This document shows, one piece after another, positions 26,397-36,007 of a stretch of DNA of 64,000 bases. Position 1 is the first letter of the stretch; each line of letters begins with the position of its first letter. The notes below the pieces were generated by a model. It saw only the letters and a list, made by a program, of their open reading frames with translations, made no database searches and had not been told where the DNA came from. A program made the position numbers and the translations under genes. This DNA is from a virus: the IMG/VR virus record IMGVR_UViG_3300045988_139196, one strand, 5' to 3'.

Positions 26397-26640
26397 ACTA
26401 ACAAAACTTACAGAGAGTGAGTATGCCAATGGTGTATTCGCAGAAGCCAAAAGAATAAACAATAACGAGACAATTCGTAAACAACCGCCTACAGAACAGC
26501 AAGTTAGATTGTGTCTTAGAGTGTTAAGAGATTTTCACATACATATAAACAAGGATAATATTCCTAGATTTAAAAGTGTTCAGGAATTAGAGCTTTGGCA
26601 AAAGAAAATGATACACAATAAATTATATGACAATAACTAA
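26389..26640 (+). CDS. hypothetical protein
   Basis: Track ORF that overlaps the upstream stop by 8 nt (translational coupling). Confidence 0.5.
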   Translation: MPRLTKLTESEYANGVFAEAKRINNNETIRKQPPTEQQVRLCLRVLRDFHIHINKDNIPRFKSVQELELWQKKMIHNKLYDNN

Positions 26641-26659
26641 AACGGAAAGGTAGATTAAA

Positions 26660-27697
26660 ATGACAGAAAACAACAAAACTATGGTAACAGTATTTGAGAG
26701 CAAAGATTTTGGCAAGGTAAGAACGGTAGATATTGATAACAAGATTTACTTTTGCGGTTCTGATGTGGCAAAGGCGTTGGGGTATTCAAGACCAGCGGAC
26801 GCAATAACATCTCATTGTAAAGGGGTCTGCGTTTTACCGACCCCTTCGGCTGGAGGTGTACAGAAAACAAAATTCATTTCAGAGGGTGACGTTTATCGTC
26901 TTATAGCACATAGTAAACTCCCTTCCGCAGAACGCTTTGAGAGTTGGATATTTGACGAGGTACTTCCAACTATACATAAAACAGGCAGTTATATTGCGGC
27001 AGGCTCGGAAAAAGACAATGAACTAAAACTATTGCAAGCTACGGTTACTCAGCTTCAGAATATGTTACTTGCATTATCGGCTAAGAAAATACCAAATGAA
27101 AAAGCTTTGAACATATGGAAGAAACAAATTAGCACTCCGCTTATAGTGAAGTTACAGGATAATGCTTTACGAACTACAGGTGAGGTTGTTGAGTTTGCAG
27201 ATATGCTACATAGAGTTTATACTCAAATGACTTCAATGTTTGGCTTTTGTACTGTTACGGCTCTTAGTGAGTTTACAGATAAGTACAATTGTGATTGTAC
27301 TACAATACAGCCAAGTATTATAAATGCTATTGCGGATAATCATGTATATCAGGCTTGGTTTACTCAGGCTTGTAATCAGCTTATGATTTGTGTAGGTAAT
27401 GGGGATAGGTTTACATCTGACGATGGTTGTACTTATAATGCTACACAGTTTACTTTAGAGGACAGCTTTGATTTTATTGCTTACACACTGGCAGAGGTTA
27501 TGAATGATAGATCGGCTCATCATGCACACACGCTGTCTATGGTTTATAAGAAGATAAACTCCACGAGAGGTTGGCATAATCAAATGACTAGGAAGAAGGC
27601 AAAGACTAAGAAAGATGTAATATTGTCTGATAGAAAACAGTTTACTAAATTTGTGTTAGCTAGCAATGAAATTATAAAGGAATTGAGAAGGAGTTAA
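26660..27697 (+). CDS. Bro-N domain protein with an unknown C-terminal domain
   Basis: FESKDFGKVRTVDIDNKIYFCGSDVAKALGYSRPADAITSHCK..ISEGDVYRLIAHSKLPSAERFESWIFDEVLPTIHKTG. Confidence 0.75.
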   Translation: MTENNKTMVTVFESKDFGKVRTVDIDNKIYFCGSDVAKALGYSRPADAITSHCKGVCVLPTPSAGGVQKTKFISEGDVYRLIAHSKLPSAERFESWIFDEVLPTIHKTGSYIAAGSEKDNELKLLQATVTQLQNMLLALSAKKIPNEKALNIWKKQISTPLIVKLQDNALRTTGEVVEFADMLHRVYTQMTSMFGFCTVTALSEFTDKYNCDCTTIQPSIINAIADNHVYQAWFTQACNQLMICVGNGDRFTSDDGCTYNATQFTLEDSFDFIAYTLAEVMNDRSAHHAHTLSMVYKKINSTRGWHNQMTRKKAKTKKDVILSDRKQFTKFVLASNEIIKELRRS

Positions 27698-27701
27698 ATT
27701 T

Positions 27702-28004
27702 ATGAGAACATATACGGTAACAAGCAAAGTAACCGCAGAGGAACGTGAGGTTACAATTAACATTTCATGCGAGAATGGCGAGTGGGTCGCTAATTTGTAT
27801 ACCTGCATTGAGAAGTATGCTAACAAATGTAAAAAGCAAGGCTGGAAACAGATTGATGAAACAAGACACACTGACGGTACGTTTATCGGAGCTACATTTA
27901 TTGCTCCTGCCAAAGCCATTAGTATTAGAAACGCTCACCCAACTAAAAGAGTTATCTCAGAAGAACATAAACAAAAGCTTTTAGCTGCGAGAAATAAAGA
28001 TTAG
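27702..28004 (+). CDS. hypothetical protein
   Basis: Track ORF. The overlapping ORF 27745..27984 is judged spurious. Confidence 0.5.
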   Translation: MRTYTVTSKVTAEEREVTINISCENGEWVANLYTCIEKYANKCKKQGWKQIDETRHTDGTFIGATFIAPAKAISIRNAHPTKRVISEEHKQKLLAARNKD

Positions 28005-28013
28005 TTAAAATTG

Positions 28014-28105
28014 TACATTAATTGTGTTAATTTTACAGCTAAATTGTTTTGAGTATAATTTTACTTGTAAAGTATTACTCTTTAAAATTTAACACAATTA
28101 ATGTA
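28014..28105 (+). promoter_or_regulatory. perfect 17-bp inverted repeat bracketing a promoter-like element upstream of the RNA polymerase gene
   Basis: TACATTAATTGTGTTAA (28014-28030) and its exact reverse complement TTAACACAATTAATGTA (28089-28105). TATAAT at 28054-28059 lies between them. Confidence 0.55.
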
Positions 28106-28158
28106 TGTTCCTGACGGTAGAACGTAGATTATGATAGATATAAAGATAGGAGATATAA

Positions 28159-30834
28159 ATGGCATTAAATAAACTATATTATGTGTATGGACTTGACACA
28201 GCTTGTTTTTACACTGATAAAGAAAATGAGATTGAAAAGTATTTACTAAAGGCTAGGCGTGTTAAGAACAGATTTAAACAGAGGTACGTTGATAATAAAA
28301 ACAATCTTTCGCCAAAGAGACAAAAGCTCTATCAGCAATTAAATAAACTCGTTATAAGGCTAAAGTCTGAATTGAAAGAAGAATTACATAAAAACATAGG
28401 ACTAACTCGAAACGTGAGAATGGATAAGATCGTTGACAAAAACGGAGAGCCGTCTATTAGAAAGAGGGTTTCTATTTTTGATAGTTCTTTGACAAGATAT
28501 TTTGGCTTAAAGGAAAGAGAATTTAATACCGAGATACTTATAATTAAGGTCTATTTTTACGATGTAGCTGAGAGCATTGTTAAAAATGGTTTTTATATGA
28601 ATGGCTATAAATATAAATTTTTCTCGGCTTCAGCAGGGCAGATAAGAACAAAAAAACTTGTTGCGGTTAGAGAAGATTTGTTGCTTAAATATTGGAATGC
28701 CTTGACCGCTGGCTTAACCGTGGAGAAAATCAACAAGTTGGGCGGTATGAATATTAACAAATATTTAGCATATTTGGCTTTATGCAATTCTGCAACAGAC
28801 CTATGGGAAGATTTTAACATTGATCGTTGTATTGTTGTTGATGATTTTGAAAATGTAATTCATGATACGGTTGATTTTATAGACGATAAAACCTACGAGA
28901 TTACAAGAGTAACGAAAGATTTAGATTTTACACAAACTGATGGCTGTGGAATGATTTTACCATATCTAACTGATAGAAATTTTATGGTTAGACTACCGTG
29001 GATAAAGGGTTTATTGGCTAAATTTGATTTCGTAAAATTCATTAAGGATAACAATGCAACAGGAATCGTAAAAGATATTTATGGCACAACTCACAATATA
29101 ATTGATGAAAATATTCAGATAATTTTCACTAAGAGCCAGTTAAAAATGTGGAAATATTTTGACAGTTGGGAAGAGTATAAAAACAATTTTAAAAAATATG
29201 GCTGTACCGCAGGTATATGTAATCGTGAAGAAAGCGTAATATCAGACTCGGTTATAAATTATCAGATGATACAAACTCTAGCTGATATGACGGATAGCGA
29301 AATAAAAGAATTGGCAAAAAGTAACATAGAAGAAATAGATAAAATTGCCTCTGATGTACCAACAATGCTCAAAGTTTTTGGAGCTGATAAATCTAATTGT
29401 TATAAAACTGGTTTTCAAAAGTGCCTTGAAATTTATCCTGAATTGCTTTCTGACTTATATTGCAGGAGTATGTTAAAAGATATAAAAAAGAAAAAAGAGA
29501 AAGAATTATGGTCTGCACGTTTTGATATGGGTGGTAAATATAGCTTTGTCATACCAGATTTGTATGCGTTTTGTGAATGGCTGTTTTTGGGGATAAAAAA
29601 TCCAATGGGTCTTTTACAGAATGGTGAAGTATGTTGTAAGTTGTACAATGACAATGAAAAATTAGATTGTCTTAGAAGTCCCCACTTGTATATAGAACAC
29701 CCAATAAGAATAAATAAAACACAATTTGATTGGTTTGATACCAATGCTATTTACATAAGTTCTCATGACCTTATTTCAAGAATAGTACAATGCGATTTTG
29801 ATGGAGATAAATTGCTTGTGACAAATAATTCAACGTTGGTTAGCATAGCAGAAAGAAATATGAATGGTATTGTTCCTTTATTTTACAATATGCGTAAGGC
29901 AGCGGCAGAAGAAATATCAGTGAGTTCTTTATTTAAAGGCTTGTTACTAGCATATAATGGAGGCAATATTGGTACACCGAGTAACAATATTACAAAAATA
30001 TGGAATAGTGGCAAAATGAATAATGAAAAAATGCAAGCTGTTAAATGGTTAGTGGCAGAAGTAAATTATACTATAGACTATGCTAAAACGTTGTACAAAC
30101 CACAAAGACCTGAAAAGGTTGACAAAATTATCAAGCAATACACTAAAAACAAAATACCTTATTTTTTTATGTATGCCAAGGGCAAAAAGAAAGAACAGGT
30201 AAAACCATTGTCTTTATGCACTGTTGATAGAGTTAAAATGCTTTGTCCCAAAAGAAAAATCAACTTTAATTTTACAAACTCAAATATCGGCAAATTTGAT
30301 TATAAGGTTTTGATGAATAATCCAGATATAGAATTTAATCAAAACATTGCAGACAAATATAAAGAAATATCAAGTACGTTAAATTTTAAACATACAGATG
30401 ATAGCAAAATGAATAATTATCTTGCGGTGTTTGATGATGCAAAAAGCAAATTATTCAGTTTACCATATTCCAAAAACGTAATTATTGATAATATTATCAT
30501 TGATTTGTTCCACAATAGGCGTACCGCTTTAAAGAAAACATTTTGGCTCTTATTTGGTGACGAGGTGTACAATAACATAAAAAGAAATATTGGTAGTAAT
30601 TTTATACAATGCGAAAAATGTCATAAAAGATTTTATAAACATAGTTCCAATGAAAAATATTGCAATAAGTGCAAGGGTTATCAAAAAATTAAAACAAAAA
30701 CTTTGATCTGCTGTGATTGTGGTAAGGAGTTTGCGGTAGATAGTCAAAGTCGAAAAATTAGGTGTGAAGAATGCCACAAAAAAGAAAGAAGCAGGATAAA
30801 TAAAAACTATCGAGAAAAGACCAGTTCGTTTTAA
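28159..30834 (+). CDS. YonO/RdRP-like single-chain two-barrel RNA polymerase with C-terminal Zn-ribbons
   Basis: DFDGD at nt 29794-29808, preceded by LRSPHLY (nt 29671-29691). YKFFSASAGQIRTKK (nt 28621 onward) resembles the FS.SQ.R barrel motif of cellular RdRPs and YonO. C-terminus carries CEKCHK..CNKCKG and CCDCGK..CEECHK. Confidence 0.6.
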   Translation: MALNKLYYVYGLDTACFYTDKENEIEKYLLKARRVKNRFKQRYVDNKNNLSPKRQKLYQQLNKLVIRLKSELKEELHKNIGLTRNVRMDKIVDKNGEPSIRKRVSIFDSSLTRYFGLKEREFNTEILIIKVYFYDVAESIVKNGFYMNGYKYKFFSASAGQIRTKKLVAVREDLLLKYWNALTAGLTVEKINKLGGMNINKYLAYLALCNSATDLWEDFNIDRCIVVDDFENVIHDTVDFIDDKTYEITRVTKDLDFTQTDGCGMILPYLTDRNFMVRLPWIKGLLAKFDFVKFIKDNNATGIVKDIYGTTHNIIDENIQIIFTKSQLKMWKYFDSWEEYKNNFKKYGCTAGICNREESVISDSVINYQMIQTLADMTDSEIKELAKSNIEEIDKIASDVPTMLKVFGADKSNCYKTGFQKCLEIYPELLSDLYCRSMLKDIKKKKEKELWSARFDMGGKYSFVIPDLYAFCEWLFLGIKNPMGLLQNGEVCCKLYNDNEKLDCLRSPHLYIEHPIRINKTQFDWFDTNAIYISSHDLISRIVQCDFDGDKLLVTNNSTLVSIAERNMNGIVPLFYNMRKAAAEEISVSSLFKGLLLAYNGGNIGTPSNNITKIWNSGKMNNEKMQAVKWLVAEVNYTIDYAKTLYKPQRPEKVDKIIKQYTKNKIPYFFMYAKGKKKEQVKPLSLCTVDRVKMLCPKRKINFNFTNSNIGKFDYKVLMNNPDIEFNQNIADKYKEISSTLNFKHTDDSKMNNYLAVFDDAKSKLFSLPYSKNVIIDNIIIDLFHNRRTALKKTFWLLFGDEVYNNIKRNIGSNFIQCEKCHKRFYKHSSNEKYCNKCKGYQKIKTKTLICCDCGKEFAVDSQSRKIRCEECHKKERSRINKNYREKTSSF

Positions 30835-30847
30835 ATAGAAAATGGAC

Positions 30848-30886
30848 AAATACCTCGCAAATACGTTGTTTGCGAGGTATTTTTTT
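30848..30886 (+). terminator. rho-independent terminator
   Basis: Stem TACCTCGCA/TGCGAGGTA followed by T7. Confidence 0.7.
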
Positions 30887-31073
30887 GTCTAAAATGCTTA
30901 AAAATCGCTACCCATATGGAAAGAGTATTTTGCTAATTTACAAATCTAAAGAGTAATTTTTTCTTTTTAAGCAAATAAACATACTAATCCATAATATATT
31001 ATAACACGCACAAAGTCAATATTCAATAGGCATTGTGTACAAAATTAAAATTGAAAAGGTGGTTATTTTACAC

Positions 31074-31241
31074 ATGATTTTCGTCACAAAGGACGAGGCG
31101 GATTATCTTCGTCAGAACATTAAGAACGTTAAGATTTTCAAAACGTGCCGTCTGAAAAACAATGGCTCTAATCGTGGTAAGAGATACGCAGAGGAAACAT
31201 CTGCGGTTGTTAATCTGCTTGCCAAGTACAGAGCTGATTAA
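31074..31241 (+). CDS. hypothetical small basic protein
   Basis: Start moved to the ATG after AAAGGTGG. Confidence 0.45.
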   Translation: MIFVTKDEADYLRQNIKNVKIFKTCRLKNNGSNRGKRYAEETSAVVNLLAKYRAD

Positions 31242-31314
31242 AAAAATATCTTACAGTACGTCTGTAAGGGTGGGTATATCCCACTAACTTATTTAGAAAA
31301 GGAATTTATTTTTT

Positions 31315-31938
31315 ATGACAGTAACAGAAGAACTTCCAATTTCCATTGTAGATAGTTTGGATAAGAGAACATATCCTACGCCTGAAGAGTATAACTATTG
31401 GAAATCGAGAGAAAACAGAACATTTTTTATTGATTACGAGGTAGATGAGTTTTATAACCTCATTGAATTAAGCAAAGTTATTATTCAGATGAACATGGAA
31501 GAAAGAGAAATTAAAAATCCAAAGCCAATCTTTATTTTCATTCATAGTTATGGTGGAGATATAGAACAGGCAAATTATTTTTGTGACCTGATACAGAGTA
31601 GTCATATTCCTATCGTTACTATTGGAATGGGTGTTGCTATGAGTGCAGGCTTTCTTATTTTTCTTGCTGGCAAGCGTAGATATGCGTTTGAACATTGCCA
31701 AATGCTCGTTCATCAAGGCTCTACTGCTTTTCAGGGTAGTGCTGCTGAAATTGAGGAAGCTCAGAAAAATTATAAGAAACAGCTTGAGGGCATGAAGTCA
31801 TATATCCTCGCAAGGACGGACATTGATGAAAAGACTTTTAATAAAAATAGAAATAAAGATTGGTATTTATCTCGTGATGAACTTGTGAAGTACAAAGTGG
31901 TCGATAAGATTGTCACATCGTTTGATGAAATTAATTAG
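31315..31938 (+). CDS. ClpP-family (S14) serine protease
   Basis: GVAMSAGFLIFLAG (catalytic Ser context) and MLVHQGS (His context). Length is typical of ClpP. Confidence 0.7.
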   Translation: MTVTEELPISIVDSLDKRTYPTPEEYNYWKSRENRTFFIDYEVDEFYNLIELSKVIIQMNMEEREIKNPKPIFIFIHSYGGDIEQANYFCDLIQSSHIPIVTIGMGVAMSAGFLIFLAGKRRYAFEHCQMLVHQGSTAFQGSAAEIEEAQKNYKKQLEGMKSYILARTDIDEKTFNKNRNKDWYLSRDELVKYKVVDKIVTSFDEIN

Positions 31939-31949
31939 GCGGTGTTATC

Positions 31950-32660
31950 ATGGGCAAGAAAAATAATAATACAATAACCTCGTATGATAACCCACCTGAG
32001 AAAATTGACGGTGATCTGTTTTATAGTCTACAATTAGATAAAGAACAAGAAGAATTTGCTAATGCAATTTGGAACAAGGACAATGATATTATTTTCTGTA
32101 ATTCCAAAAGTGGAAGTGGCAAAACTACTATTGCCATTGGTATAGCAAATTTACTTGTGCAGTACCAAATGTTCTCAAAGATTATTTATATTGTTTCGCC
32201 TTGTGCAGAAGGCAGGTTGGGCTTTCTACCCGGTGATGTAACTTCAAAGAGTGAGGTTTACTATGAACCACTCTATAATGCACTACAGACACTTGGTATA
32301 AATCCATTTACGGCTGTATGTACAAATAGTCTTGTTTCTGAGAAGTATGAAGAAGGCTATATCAAACCTCTTACGGACGTTTACCTTAGAGGCGTCAACT
32401 TTAAGGACGCAGTTATTATAATTGACGAGTCTCAGAACGCAACTTTTGACAATCTTAAAAAGACTTTAACAAGAATAGGTGAAAACTGCAAGACAATTTG
32501 CATAGGACATACAGGACAAATTGATTTACCTAATCATAAGGCAAGTGGATTTGAGAAATATCTAAATCATTTTTCAGGAAAAGAACATTGTCAGATTTGC
32601 GAGTTACATACTAACCATAGAGGTTGGGTGTCAACTTGGGCTGACGAATTGGAGGATTAG
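31950..32660 (+). CDS. PhoH-like ATPase
   Basis: Walker A SKSGSGKTT and Walker B with the PhoH signature IIIDESQN. Confidence 0.7.
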   Translation: MGKKNNNTITSYDNPPEKIDGDLFYSLQLDKEQEEFANAIWNKDNDIIFCNSKSGSGKTTIAIGIANLLVQYQMFSKIIYIVSPCAEGRLGFLPGDVTSKSEVYYEPLYNALQTLGINPFTAVCTNSLVSEKYEEGYIKPLTDVYLRGVNFKDAVIIIDESQNATFDNLKKTLTRIGENCKTICIGHTGQIDLPNHKASGFEKYLNHFSGKEHCQICELHTNHRGWVSTWADELED

Positions 32661-32665
32661 AATAA

Positions 32666-32845
32666 ATGGCTAAAATAACAAAAAAGAACGTTCTGTCGGT
32701 ACAGGGCATTGTAAACATAGAGAATGGAAAAATAACATTTAGCGTTGAAGATATTGAGGGTGAAATTGCCCTTGCGGAACTTATGTCAGATTTCAACGGT
32801 CAGGAAGTAAAACTGTCTGTAAACCAGACAGATGAAATTGCATAG
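32666..32845 (+). CDS. hypothetical 59-aa protein
   Basis: Own translation: MAKITKKNVLSVQGIVNIENGKITFSVEDIEGEIALAELMSDFNGQEVKLSVNQTDEIA. RBS GGAGGATTAGAATAA. Its TAG stop is in frame with the next ORF. Confidence 0.5.
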   Translation: MAKITKKNVLSVQGIVNIENGKITFSVEDIEGEIALAELMSDFNGQEVKLSVNQTDEIA

Positions 32846-32914
32846 TGGGAGGAATTTAAAATTTCTACATACAAAAGATTTGAAGGCGAGTCTGATGACG
32901 AGCTTATATTTAGA

Positions 32915-34063
32915 GTGTGCAAAGATAAGGACAAGATAGGTACTTGGAATGATGTCAGGGATATTTTAAATAATTTGCTTTACGCTGATTTTGGCGAGTC
33001 AACTTATCGTAAGAAATTTCAATGCTTTGAGAAAATGTTCAATGCAAATCAGAAAACTTTTGCAGACACAGAAAACACCCTTAATGAAATTCAAGACCAA
33101 ATTCGTGAATTAAAGAAAGAGCGATATAAACTTCAAACAGAGAAGTTGGAGAATAATAGATGGCTTAGAGAAAATGCACGAGATGAATTGATAACTGAAA
33201 AAATAGTCAATGCAATTTCTGATATAGACCCTATTATAGTTCCTGATTATTTGTCGGGAGTAAATAATAGCAAGTCTGCGATATTGGCATTTACTGATTG
33301 TCACTTTGGCATAGAGTTTTGCATAAAAGATCTATTTGGCAATGTAATAAACGAATATTCTCCAGAGATATTTGAACGCAGAATGTGGAATATGCTTGAA
33401 AAAGTTGTTGACATTATTGCTAAAGAGGACTTGGCAGAAATTAATGTTTGGGAACTTGGCGACAGTATATCAGGACTTCTCAGATTAAATTCTCAACTTA
33501 TGCACCTTAGATATGGTGTTATAGATTCGGCAATAAAGTATGCTGAATTTCTTGCTAATTGGCTCAATGATCTTTCGCAATATGTGAAAGTGAATTTCCA
33601 AATGGTTAGGGACAGCAATCATTCACAACTTAGACTTCTCGGACAGCCTAAGAACAGTTTTCCCGATGAAAACATGGCAAAGGTGATTATTGCTTTCATA
33701 AGGGAAAGACTTAAATATAATCGAAATGTAAACATAATTGAGAATGAAACAGGCTTTTGCTTTAGCGATGTTGAGGGTTATAACGTGCTTGGTTGTCATG
33801 GTGAAGTAAAGGATTTACAGAATTGCACAAGTTCTTTTTCAAGAGCGTACAATACAAACATTGATTATGTTTTGGCAGGTCATGTACATCATCAGACCTC
33901 AAAGGAAAATGCAAAACATTCAGAGGTGCTTACAGTACGTTCTATGGTAGGTACTGATGATTATGCGATGTCCTTATACAAAACTTCTGACACAGGTGCA
34001 AGCCTGTTTATATTTGATAATGAATTTGGCAAGATTGCCAACTATGATATAAAAGTAAAGTAG
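32915..34063 (+). CDS. calcineurin-like metallophosphoesterase with an N-terminal coiled coil; start codon uncertain
   Basis: Motifs ELGDSISG, RDSNHS, GCHGE and AGHVHH. The frame is open back to 32846, and GGGAGG at 32847-32852 sits well upstream of the first canonical start (GTG 32915). Confidence 0.65.
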   Translation: MCKDKDKIGTWNDVRDILNNLLYADFGESTYRKKFQCFEKMFNANQKTFADTENTLNEIQDQIRELKKERYKLQTEKLENNRWLRENARDELITEKIVNAISDIDPIIVPDYLSGVNNSKSAILAFTDCHFGIEFCIKDLFGNVINEYSPEIFERRMWNMLEKVVDIIAKEDLAEINVWELGDSISGLLRLNSQLMHLRYGVIDSAIKYAEFLANWLNDLSQYVKVNFQMVRDSNHSQLRLLGQPKNSFPDENMAKVIIAFIRERLKYNRNVNIIENETGFCFSDVEGYNVLGCHGEVKDLQNCTSSFSRAYNTNIDYVLAGHVHHQTSKENAKHSEVLTVRSMVGTDDYAMSLYKTSDTGASLFIFDNEFGKIANYDIKVK

Positions 34064-34453
34064 GTGAATACTATGATGATTAAAAAGAGTTATAACGATT
34101 TTGATACTTTCATGCAGGATATTATAGATGTATATTTGGAAAATGAGGGCTTTAGTGTTTTATGTGACTACAAGTTGGCTTGTAAGATTATCAAGAAATT
34201 TTTATCATTTGACGATAAGACTAAAATTAATTCTATTTCTCTTGATCCGCCTGAGTGGAACGGATATGGTGGCGAATTTGTTGTTTCAACTTTTGAAAAC
34301 GAGTTGTTCTGTGAAAGAGCAAGACGTGACGATAAGCCAATAATTGTTGGTGATGAGAGTATTGTTTTCGTTCAGCGAGATTTTGTCGGCAAGGATTTTA
34401 TTGAAGAAGATTATGTTCCAAAGCTTTATTTTGGTTTTACAATTAACGAATAA
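34064..34453 (+). CDS. hypothetical protein
   Basis: Track ORF, abutting the upstream stop. Confidence 0.5.
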   Translation: MNTMMIKKSYNDFDTFMQDIIDVYLENEGFSVLCDYKLACKIIKKFLSFDDKTKINSISLDPPEWNGYGGEFVVSTFENELFCERARRDDKPIIVGDESIVFVQRDFVGKDFIEEDYVPKLYFGFTINE

Positions 34454-34516
34454 TTTGTAGTTAAATACAACTCCTTTTATTATATTTTGCAGGATAGCAA
34501 GCGTTATCCTGCATAT

Positions 34517-34592
34517 TGTCGGATAGCTCAATCGGTAGAGCAATGCACTGTTAATGCGGAGGTCGTGAGTTCGAGTCTCACTCTGACAGCCA
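34517..34592 (+). tRNA. tRNA-Asn (anticodon GUU), CCA encoded
   Basis: TGTCGGATAGCTCAATCGGTAGAGCAATGCACTGTTAATGCGGAGGTCGTGAGTTCGAGTCTCACTCTGACAGCCA. Acceptor TGTCGGA/TCTGACA, anticodon loop CTGTTAA, T-arm GTGAGTTCGAGTCTCAC. Confidence 0.8.
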
Positions 34593-34944
34593 AAACAGAA
34601 CTCAATACGCCTCTTAAAAATGCGTACCACGTTGAGTCTTTTAAATGAAAAATCTGACGAGATTTTTGCATGGATAGTTGACAAAGTTTTGTTGACTATC
34701 CTTAGTTTTAATTACAAAGTAATTCAACCTTACGCACCTCTTAACAATGTGTCCCAGTGAGGGGTATTTTGAGTTATGGTTTTGAGAATTTTGTATTACT
34801 CAAAAAAACAAAATTCAAGCCCTTGTGGGCGAAATAAAGAAGATCAAGTGTGAGGGTAACACTTTAAAGAAACCCCAAATGAAGAATAAGTGCTAAAAGC
34901 GACACTCTAAAGAAAGCTTGAGATTAGAAGAAAGGAGAGGTTAA

Positions 34945-35931
34945 ATGGCTAAGAAAAGCAAACGTATTCAAGTACATGATGATGAAATACTTTCAAAAAT
35001 CAATTCTGAAACAATGAAACTATGGAACAAATATAAAATTGATATGTCACTTAGAGAACTCTCCGAAAAGACTATCGCAGGCTATCAAAATGATTTAGAG
35101 TCTTGGTGGATATACATATATAAAAATCAGGGCAACCAAAGTATTGTTGATCTGACGGAAGATGATATAACTGAATTTTTATATTTTTGTAAAACTGAGG
35201 GTAATAATTCAAGACGTATGAAAAGGCGTATGGCTTCAATTTCAGCTTTTTATAAATTTCTGCGTAAGAAGAAGTTAATTACAGAAAACCCAATGGAATT
35301 TATGGATAGACCTAAGAAAGATACAGATGTTATTACTCAGACGTTTTTAACTGTTGAACAGGTGCAGGAATTAAGAATTGCCTTGCAAAACTTAGTAGAA
35401 AACGCTGACACACATCATAAGAAACATAGGGCTTTACAATATCAGTGTTATGCTCTATTTTCATTATCTACAATGGCTAGGGTTAATGCGGTTGCGAATA
35501 CTAAGTGGGAACAAATTGATTTTGACAATAGGGTTGTCAATGATGTAGTTGAAAAAGAAGGCTACGTTGTAACTCTTTATTTTTCGGAAGAAGTTAAAGA
35601 ACTGTTGTTAGGTTTGCTTGAGTACCGCAAGACAAATAATATTATTGACAATGGCTATGTTTTTGTTTCTTATACAGACGGAAAGTTTGATAAGGTAACT
35701 AATGGCACATTAAATTCTTGGTGTCATATTATTGGTGAAATGATTAATGTTCCAACGCTACACGCTCACGATTTTCGTCATTCGGGAGCTACGCTATATA
35801 AAAACGCAGGTATGTCACTAGAAGATGTTTCGGCATTGCTCAACCATAGTGGAACTGACGTGACAAGAAAATTTTATATTAGGGTTGATAAAAAGAAAAT
35901 TAGCCAGAATAAGGATAAATTTGATTTTTGA
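34945..35931 (+). CDS. tyrosine recombinase (XerC/D-like integrase with SAM-like N-terminal domain)
   Basis: N-terminal core-binding-like region (SEKTIAGYQNDLESWW..ISAFYKFL). Catalytic HDFRHSGATLY and LLNHSGTDVTRKFY. Confidence 0.75.
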   Translation: MAKKSKRIQVHDDEILSKINSETMKLWNKYKIDMSLRELSEKTIAGYQNDLESWWIYIYKNQGNQSIVDLTEDDITEFLYFCKTEGNNSRRMKRRMASISAFYKFLRKKKLITENPMEFMDRPKKDTDVITQTFLTVEQVQELRIALQNLVENADTHHKKHRALQYQCYALFSLSTMARVNAVANTKWEQIDFDNRVVNDVVEKEGYVVTLYFSEEVKELLLGLLEYRKTNNIIDNGYVFVSYTDGKFDKVTNGTLNSWCHIIGEMINVPTLHAHDFRHSGATLYKNAGMSLEDVSALLNHSGTDVTRKFYIRVDKKKISQNKDKFDF

Positions 35932-35937
35932 GCGATT

Positions 35938-35970
35938 AAGCACTCTGATTGAAAATTGGAGTGCTTTTAT
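35938..35970 (+). terminator. rho-independent terminator
   Basis: Stem AAGCACTC/GAGTGCTT followed by TTTT. Confidence 0.6.
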
Positions 35971-36007
35971 ATTGGCTTGAAAATTAAACAAATAAAAAGG
36001 AGGTGGC

